This document shows positions 55,270 to 64,000 of a DNA stretch of 64,000 nt, one piece after another; positions within the stretch are counted from its first letter, which is position 1, and every line of letters begins with the position of its first letter. The notes under the pieces were generated by a model. It did no database searches. It was not told the DNA's origin and saw only the letters and a list, made by a program, of their open reading frames with translations. The stretch is from Octopus vulgaris (taxonomy: Eukaryota). Where the stretch lies: NCBI GenBank assembly GCA_951406725.2, contig OX597814.1, positions 8,742,001 through 8,806,000 on the forward strand, in the 5' to 3' direction. A program made the translations under genes and the position numbers.

Positions 55270-57483
55270 CAGAGAAGAGCAATTTACAGCCTGCGGAAGC
55301 ATTCAGCAAAAAAATTTTCCAAGTCTAAAATTTTCATAAACTTATCATGGTAAACTGCTAGTGCCAAGACTAACTTGAACTGAGACTTACTTCCTTTGTG
55401 TCACAGAAATTAGCCCTATGTTTTAATAGGCGGATACCTACTGTCTATGTGGCCGTCCATACGCGTGCTCAGTCCCTTCATATTCAAGTTTTCTCTTTGC
55501 AACAGTAAGATCTGTAACATTCCGACTCAAGACATGGGCCCTCCTAAAAAGTGCAAAATCAAAAAAGAATGTCATGTGTTCAATGAAGACTGGACACACA
55601 AATATTTGTTCAGTAATTCAGAGAATAAGGCAGTGTGTTTATTGTGTCACAAGATGGTTACCATATTCAAGGAATACAATTTGAAATGACACCACCAAAC
55701 AAAACATGGTGAGTTTGGTAGTGAAGAACGCAGGAAAAAAGCTGCCAAGTGTGTTACGTAACTGAAGAAGCAACAGACCATATTTACAAAGCAATCAACA
55801 CTTCGGGATAGTGCTACAGAGGCAAGTTTCATGGTAGCAGACAACCTTGCTAAAAACAACAAGCCGTTTTCTGATGGCGAGTTTGTTAAGCAGTGCTTGG
55901 CAGATTGCACAAGTGTCCTAATGCCAGAAACAAATTTGAAACTATTTCATTATCAAGAAGGACTATAATGTGGCACATAGATTTAATTAGTGATGAACAA
56001 GCTGAATACTGGGAGTATTCTATTTTGTTTCCTTTGGTACTGGATGAGAGCACTGATAAACAAAACACTGCTACTTATCTTTGTCCATGGAATTGATGAC
56101 AATTTCATCATCACAGAGGAACTACTTGGTTTGGAATCAATGAAAAATGCAACCACTGGTCAGGACTTGTTTGAATGTATTTTGGAATGTGTAGAGAAAA
56201 CTGCCTTGCCATGGAATAGAATGGCAAGCATTACAACAGATGGGGCCAGAGCATTTACTGGAAAAAATGTGGGTATGTTTAAACTTTTAGGGAACAAGTT
56301 AAAAGCAGAACACCCAAACAGTGATATCTTGTCATTCCATAGAATTTGGTATCAGGAAAGCCTCTGTCAAGCTGCACTGGACATAAAGCATGTGATAGCT
56401 CCTGTAGTGAGTGTGGTGAGCACAATCAGAGCAAGGGTGCTCTGCCATCAAAAATTTAAATCTCTACTTGAGGATATAGAGGCAGGGTGTGGAGATGTGA
56501 TTTACACAACAGTGTTCGGTGGTTGAGCCTGGGCAAAATGCTAAAACAGGTTTGGGAATTACAGAATGAAACCCTCCTCTTTCTGGACATGAAGGGGCTT
56601 TCATGTGATTTTGTGACCAAAATGGAATGTGAGGAGTGGAGATATGAGAAGATGTTTGCAGCTGATATATTTGAGAAATTAAATGAATTGAATGTGATAT
56701 TGCAGGGGAAGTGGTTGTTTGTACATGTGAGATCATTCAAAACAGAACTAGATATATTTGCAAGGCAAGCAGGTGAGGGCAAGTTTTGTCATTTCCCTTT
56801 ATTAAGAAAACAGAAAGTGCCTGCAAGTGTTTCTTACTGAGTTTAGAAGATGAGGTCACAAGATTTCAGGATTTTAAGAAAATTGAGCCTGATTTAAATT
56901 TATCTTATCCTTTCGCTGCTGATATTGATACAACACCTGAGGAGGTGTAGCTTGAACTAATTGACATGCAGTCAGAGCACACACTGTAAAAATGTTTAAT
57001 TCTGTGACATTGACAGAATTTTACAAATCTCTATCTACTGACAAATTTCTATGTGTGAAGAGATTTGCCAGGAAAATGTTTTCTATTTTTGGATCCACAT
57101 ATATTTATGAACAAAGTTCTTCTTACCTGAAAATCAGCAAGAGTAAAAAATAGATCCTCTGTGACTGACATAAACTTGCAGGTAGTGATGAGGATCTCAA
57201 CAAGCAACTTCACTCCTGATTTCAAAAGAATTGTAAATAAGTGTGACAGGTTACATTTGTCTCATTAAATTACTTGTGTTGGCTGATGTGTAATTTGCAC
57301 ATAAATAAATTTAATAAAACCTTTTCTATTGCTTTAGTTTTATTTATTATTATTATTATGTAGTTTATACTTTGCATTAAATGAAATGTAATGTTAACTT
57401 ATGAATACGATCAAGTATAGAAGGTGCTACCCTCTGCTAACCACGGCCCTCTCAAAGTTAGCCCAAAAAATTGCCCACCCCGT
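55270..57483 (+). mobile_element. hAT transposon (Buster/Charlie, GTF2IRD2/SPIN-like transposase), decayed
   Basis: KAVCLLC...KEYNLK*HHQTKH, LDESTD, ITTDGA, VRWLS and FGSTY motifs. Degenerate TIRs and an 8-bp TSD (TCCTAGAG/TCCTAGAA) with central TA. Confidence 0.9.
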
Positions 57484-58137
57484 TCCTAGAAAAATATATT
57501 AGCATCTTGCAATTTTGTTTCTTCCCAAAATATCTAGTACTTTGTTTTGATTGAACAAATCAAGGTTTTTTTTCTTTATTTATTTTTTTTTGTCTTAAAT
57601 AATGTACATAATTCCTTATCTCTCTTATTAGTGAAGTGTTTAATGGCTGCCTCATATTCATATAGGTGAGCTGCAATGTATCTACCACAAGTCTAGGTAA
57701 AGGTTACTCTTCCTGTAAATGTTTCTGCCATGCATGTGTATATGTACATGTGTGTTTATGTAAGGATGGGTATTTGCATGCATATGTATCTGACTGTACA
57801 TAGGTGTGTATATTTGTATGCTACCTTAATACAAGCTTCAAAGTGAGAGTGGAGAATGATATTAAAGTTGAAGACACACTCTAGGGTTGTCATTTGACCA
57901 ACTTGTCTTATACATGTATGAATAGACACATATACACATGCATATACTATTATACACAGAACATTGAATTAACAGATACTCTTATGTACTTGCATGTAGA
58001 TACACTCCTCTCTCCCTCACACATGCATACGCGCGCACACACACACACACACATAGAGTAAATATAGTGCATCAAAGAAAATACTTTGCACTTCTGGCTC
58101 TTCATGTTCTGAATTCTCAGCATTTATTAGTCTAAGT

Positions 58138-58607
58138 CAGGAGTCACTAAACTTTTTTCATGGTGGGGCAGATAATTGAGAGAATGACAAGTGCAGACAA
58201 CATAACTATTTTGTCAGATACAATACAGTGAATACACAAAAAATAAATATTTATTTACTAAAATGTTATCATGTTAGCAGTAAGATAGTTATATCACACC
58301 CAGTGTGCATATATCTGAACCTTACAAATTAAGCAGCAAAAAAAGTTAGTGAGATTTGTGAAACTGGTGTTTAGCTTTTAAGATATCATCAATATTTGCT
58401 TTGGAATTGCTGCATCCAATCAAGAGAATTGCTTTCAAATCATTATCAGTCAATTTCATTCAATGTGCTGACTTCACTGATGCCATACCAGAAGCAAATG
58501 AACTCTCATTGCAGGTACTTACACAAAAGGTACTGTGTGGTGGTGGGCTGGATGAGCTGACCTCATGGGCTGGATCTGGCTGTGGGCTATAGTTTGGTGA
58601 CTCACAG
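58138..58607. mobile_element. hAT-type MITE
   Basis: Termini are CAGGAGTCACTAAACT and AGTTTGGTGACTCAC, with a decayed subterminal GGGC.GGATCTGGC..TGGGC motif. Confidence 0.6.
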
Positions 58608-59239
58608 TTGGTTTTCTTTCTCCCTCTCCCACACCAACACCCACCCTATACATGCACATATAAACTGAAACACCAGGTGTTACATGGAGTGAATCAACAG
58701 CTGCATAGTGATTAAATTGTGGTTGCAGGAACTGTTTCCTATCCCAAAGAAATTGAGAATTACCCCAGAAGTTTCATTCAAGAGTTCTGTAACTTGTGTG
58801 TGAGTTTCAGATTTCTTTTGAATTTCTAGGTTTAAGCATTTGAGGTAATGATATTTGGCAACTGAAACTTTATTCTCAAAATTACAATTTTTCTTTCAAT
58901 TTTGAATTGTTTTCTTGGAAATTTTTTCAGAATTCTGGTTGAGATATAGAAGATTATGATTCTATGAAAAAAAAGTTAATTTCTAGGGGCAAAGATTATG
59001 AGTTAATATTTTAGAATATGGTTTAACAGAAATGTCATCTGCTGTTTAAAACAGAAATCCAAAAATACTTTCTAAATGATAAACAAGTTTTGCGGGTTAC
59101 TTAGACTGATGCTTTGCCCCCCCCCTTTTTTTAAAATCCAGTAATTTCACTATAATTAAATTGTGACATTAATGTCAATTCTCTATGTCTTCAGCCCAGG
59201 CAATGCTGGATTTTTCAGTTATAATTAAATTAAGATAAC

Positions 59240-59410
59240 TGGAACCTTATTCTCACATAAGATATATGGACCCTTATATTCATGTAAGATATGTGGAATC
59301 TTATGCTCACATAAGATGACTAGAATCTGGTCTCGCATAAGATGACTGGAGTCTTGTGCTCATGTAAGGTGACTACAGCCTTATGTGTGGAACTTTTTAC
59401 TCATGTAAAA
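59240..59410. repeat. Degenerate ~27-bp tandem repeat
   Basis: About six units resembling GGAACCTTATTCTCACATAAGAT. Confidence 0.6.
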
Positions 59411-61748
59411 AAATTGTAACTTCTTTTTTATGTAAAAAACAAAAAGAAAAATATTAAAGCAGTGCTCCAGCATGGCTGCAGTCAAATGACAGAAACAAGG
59501 AAAGGAATTAAGGAATAGTTTTCATATAAATTTTTTATTTGCAGAAGAGATTATGGCAATTTCATGAAGAATTGCCACACTCATTTGGTTAACCTTAATT
59601 TAGTAGGCTGAAATAAATTAAAAAACATATTTTAAAAGAGAAGTGGATTTCCATCTGTCCATCATAACATCTATAATAGGGAGGGAAAGAAGGGGAAGAG
59701 AAAAAGTTGTTGTTGAGAGGGAAAAACGGTGAAAGATAGATAAATAGTGCTGTCACCATAGTCACCATAGCAACTAAGAAATTTTGATTTAAAATGCAGG
59801 AATTTCAAGTGCAAGTGTATATGTATATATATATAATTTTTAGGGGTTGGTTGTGTGTGTTTCTGTCTTTTGTCATATAGACAAACGCAACACAGACTTT
59901 AAAAAAGACTTCCACTTTGAATAGAAGAGGAGGGGAAAAATTGTTGAGAGAGAAAAATATAGTAAGAGAGAGAGAGAGAGAGTGTGTATTTCAGTGACTT
60001 TCAACATATAATCAACACAGACTACAAAAAAAGACTTTCCCTTTTATGAAGATAAGTGCATGATTAACAAATATTTTTCAGGAAAGCATAGCAATAGGCA
60101 ATGACCTAGTTTTTAACAGAAACAATAAGAATTTTTAAAAAATAAGTTTGTTTAGTATAGAAGAACATTGTGTATGTATTTACTGTTCATCATTGGTCTT
60201 AAGGCTTGAAGTGCAATCAAAATAGTGTATTCTTAGTATTTATCTTTCATTCATTTTTCTATCTGATAATTACTTAGTTCACCACTTAGTTGTAATATTC
60301 TGCAACCTTTTTAGTCACTGGGATACTACTGCAAATTTAATTTTTCCAAGTTGTTGATACTGACTAGTCTTAAAGGCATAAAGCTGTGTCAGAGAAAGAG
60401 AAATGAGATGCTGTGATTTCATGCCTTACTCAATGTTGCTACTAGTGAAAACACTAAAAAATTAGTCTTCATGCAGTGTGATCAAGTTAGCAGTGTGGCA
60501 CCCTTCCTTCTCCAACCTATTGACTGCAACCAATTTCATAGTTTGAAAGGTAATGGTTACTGCTTTTTTATCAATTACTTGAAGTAGACCTATCAAGATT
60601 TAATTCTACACTTGCACAGATATAACTGTAAAATGTCTGCATCATCAGTTAATGGAAATTATGTACACTCACTGAACATATTATTTGGATTGAAAAATTA
60701 GACGAGGAAACATTTAAAAAAATGTTCTTATTGATTGTGTAATCTAGCATTTGATTCAATGATTTGAATACTTCATTAAAAAAAATAATCAGTTTATTCA
60801 TTATGATTTCTTCCATATCAGTTTGGATTCTATTACCCATTCTTAGAATTCTGCATGTTTTCTCTGCTTGTTGTACATCCAAATTTGCAAATCAATAGTC
60901 TTTTATAGTTGAATCAAGTTTAGTGACATCTGTTATTGATTTAAAGCTGTGCTGCTTATGTACACAAAATCAGGAATCTATTATCTTTCATTCCAAGCAA
61001 ATCCAAATATTGATCGTTTCTAAATTACTTCTCTGAAATTGCTTTTCCCACACTCATTTTAAAAGTATTATTTGTAGAATTCACTATACTATCTGAACAA
61101 TAATTCACATAGAATTTCAAACTGTATTGGCTTGTCAACATTTTACCATTGAAGTGTTTGATTCTGAAGAAATAAATTTGAACTTGGTTTGAACTTGTTT
61201 CCTTCATATTTCTCTCTTTAAAGCAAAACATTACTTTAAACAAAATTTGTAACAGAAACACTCTAAAATCTATTATTGATTACCACACATCAGTCTCTTG
61301 GTCTTTAATTTTCAATAACAATGTTTTTATCTTTTGACATAGAATTTATACCAAATATGAGAATACTGGATCATATTGTTTTCTATCACTTTTAAAACCT
61401 GTCAAAAGACTTAAACATAGCCTCCAGTTCTCATTTACAGTACTGACTTCATATTTCACTGATTAAAAATAATTCAGATGTTTCTATAGTTTCTAAAGTA
61501 CTTAAAGTCTGACTAAAGTACTTAGGTTATAAAAAAATAAAGTTTGATAAAATTATACTCAAGTAGACTACTGCAACTGGCCATTCTATGAGGTACACAG
61601 TGATTCTTAAACACAAAAGAAATATTAAACCAAACTCCACTGTGCCTTGACTTACTGCAAAAGTCTGCCTGATAAAATTCAGAACATCTGCAATACCTGA
61701 CATTAGAACTGTGTTCAAATATAGCATAATCCTTTGTAACAAGCTTAA

Positions 61749-61952
61749 CCCTTTAACTTTCAGATTACTCTGTTGAATGTAATGTATTTTTATTCACATC
61801 ATTTTTAATTAATCATGCATTATTTTGATGATATGATTCTAAATTTTTAGAATGACATTGAAGGGTAAGCGTGAGAAGCTGGATCTTGTTGGTTTGAACA
61901 TAAAAAAGGAAGTATATTTGGGCTGGATATGGATGGTTTAAGTACTAAAGGG
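61749..61952. mobile_element. piggyBac-type MITE
   Basis: Termini are TTAA|CCCTTTA and TAAAGGG|TTAA; length 204 bp. Confidence 0.7.
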
Positions 61953-63529
61953 TTAAATCTATCTAAGAGTCACAGGAAGTACTGTATTTATAATATAAAG
62001 AACTACATTGTATAATATTCTGTAGTCTTATAAAGGAGAAACTAGAAGACTGTAAAATTCAAAATAGAAGCATTTTGGAAAGCCTTAATGAGAAATGAGA
62101 CATTGAAGTCAGGAATGGTTGAACATATATGGGTGTAATGACATTTCTGTAATTTCTAAAGAACAATGGAAATACATAAATCAAAGAAGCAGTATATATA
62201 ACACTTGCTGATAATTCCATGAGGCCAGGTCTGTTTATCAACTCAGTATTGTTATTTTGACTGAAAAGTAGACATGAATACTCTGCAGATGAGGTTATCA
62301 GTCAGGAATATTATAATCTTTATCAAGACAAGACGTGTTTCAGCTCGCTCTGACCATTAAGTAGCTGTTGGAACAGAATACATATGAACCCAACTTTACA
62401 ATTTTCAACTGAAAACTCAACTGAAAATTCTTCCTTCTCAAAAACAACAAAGCCTTAATTCCAGTGAAAGCTACATTTTTGTATCGTGCACAAGTATTAT
62501 GAAAGATATAATACTATAACGATAACAATAATTATTCGTAAGTACACAATATTCCTATTAACAAACACACAATAGTTTACATTATCTCAGAATTATAACA
62601 TATACCAGTACTATTGTCTCCTACTGTTCAATACACCACAGAAGTTAATATTTTGAATATTTCTATCCTTATTTGCCATTACCTATATTTATTACCTATA
62701 TTTACTGTTATTATCTATATTTCTTGTTGCGCAAACAACTTGGTTAAGTGATCAACAACGAATCGAAGACACTGAAAAACAATAAGTAGCTCACAACAAC
62801 AGTAACAAAAAACACATCTTTAAATATTGCAACTGGTCATTGAAGTAGATACTTTCATTAACTCATGGTTCATTCTCTTTCAAACCGATAACATACATGC
62901 CTCAAACTTCAATTTCATTGCTAAAAGAGTTGGCCATCTCTTTAATAACTCTACTTCGTATCTCACTGTGAGAAACCTGTAACCACATGGATAAACTAGC
63001 CCGAAATTTTTTACTCACTACAGCCCATTTAATGTTATTATCTATATTTTTTTGTTGCACAAACAACTTGGTTAAGTGATCAACAACTGAAAAACAATAA
63101 ATAGTTCACAACAACAGCAACAGTAACAAAAAAACACATCTCTAAATATCGCAACTGGTCATATATTGAAGTGGATACAACTACAACATTCACATCAACA
63201 GCTAAAAGAACTAATAGACCCACTGCCATCACCATCATCGTTGTCATTATCGTCATCATCATTGTTTCCATCTTCCACTGCTACTTCCCTCCCCTCTCCT
63301 CCTGCTACTACTCCTAGTGGCCAAAGCCAAACATTCCATTCTACCAGTGACCCATCCCAACCACTCCTACTTCCTCCATATCCCACCACCATAGCTCCAC
63401 TAACAACTCAAGTACCATTGCTACTACTACTACTATCTCAGCCAGTGTACAAAATCAACCACTGCTCCTTTCCCCCTCTCCATTCAAGTCAAACAATTCT
63501 AAATCTCAAGCTATTTCTTGAATGATGGT

Positions 63530-64000
63530 GTTCAAGTTGAGCTCACAAAACCAAACCTCACCAACTGGATTATAACAAGGATTGAAAACTTCCTCCCGGA
63601 GACTTGCAAAATGTGTGACAAATAGTACTGCATTACATTTGGCCAAAAACCAGCTTTGGCATGCTTCATCTGTGGACAAGGAATACACGAAGCGTGCTAC
63701 TTAAAAAAGATAAATAACCACACCATTCCAGATATTCTAGGCCTACACTGGCTATGCGGTTATTGTTCACCAAGGGCCACAATAACGAATGAACCTAGGA
63801 CCCTACCACAGACAGGCCGTTCTAAACAGACATTGATTGGCGAAACTGACATGGCAAATAAATCCTGCCACACACAGGCCATCCAAGTGCCTCTTGTAAA
63901 TGACAAGAATGAAGACAATGACATGCAAACACCTACAAAACAAGAAACAGGAGATCCTGCAGAAAAAGACCAAACTTCCCACGAAAAGAAACAGATTCAG
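63530..64000 (+). mobile_element. PHD-finger ORF1-like fragment, probably from a CR1/L2-type LINE
   Basis: Translates to ITRIENFLPETCKMCDK*YC......LACFICGQGIHEAC ... GLHWLCGYCS (C4HC3 spacing), with a stop and a frameshift. Confidence 0.55.

Overview
This is repeat-dense, AT-rich animal DNA. The SINE families and the (TA)n/(CA)n/(GAT)n microsatellites suggest an octopus or other cephalopod, but that is inference. The only host gene I can support is a minus-strand PARP14-like gene (RRM/KH/macrodomain). Two of its exons (46181-46414 and 13325-14821) splice in frame across an intron of about 31 kb. The rest is mostly decayed mobile DNA: three mariners, a nested Tc1, a Buster/Charlie-type hAT, MITEs, Helitron remnants, Tx1/L1, RTE, CR1 and R4/Dong LINE fragments, Penelope-like elements (PLEs) and tRNA-derived SINEs. 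The most unusual signal is RNA structure. Two diverged copies of a dispersed repeat (8499-8561 and 22675-22737, minus strand) carry all three hammerhead ribozyme core strands in a non-circularly permuted, pseudoknotted order, with compensatory base changes between the copies. PLE-type minimal type I hammerheads also occur in both arms of a ~4.7-kb fold-back (25603-30307) and at 49381-49441. Other notable features are a 69-bp (23-aa STPR-like) array fused to a Helitron N-terminus, a 5'-inverted RTE, and one SINE head carrying two different LINE tails. All calls come from reading the sequence by eye; the boundaries of decayed elements are approximate.
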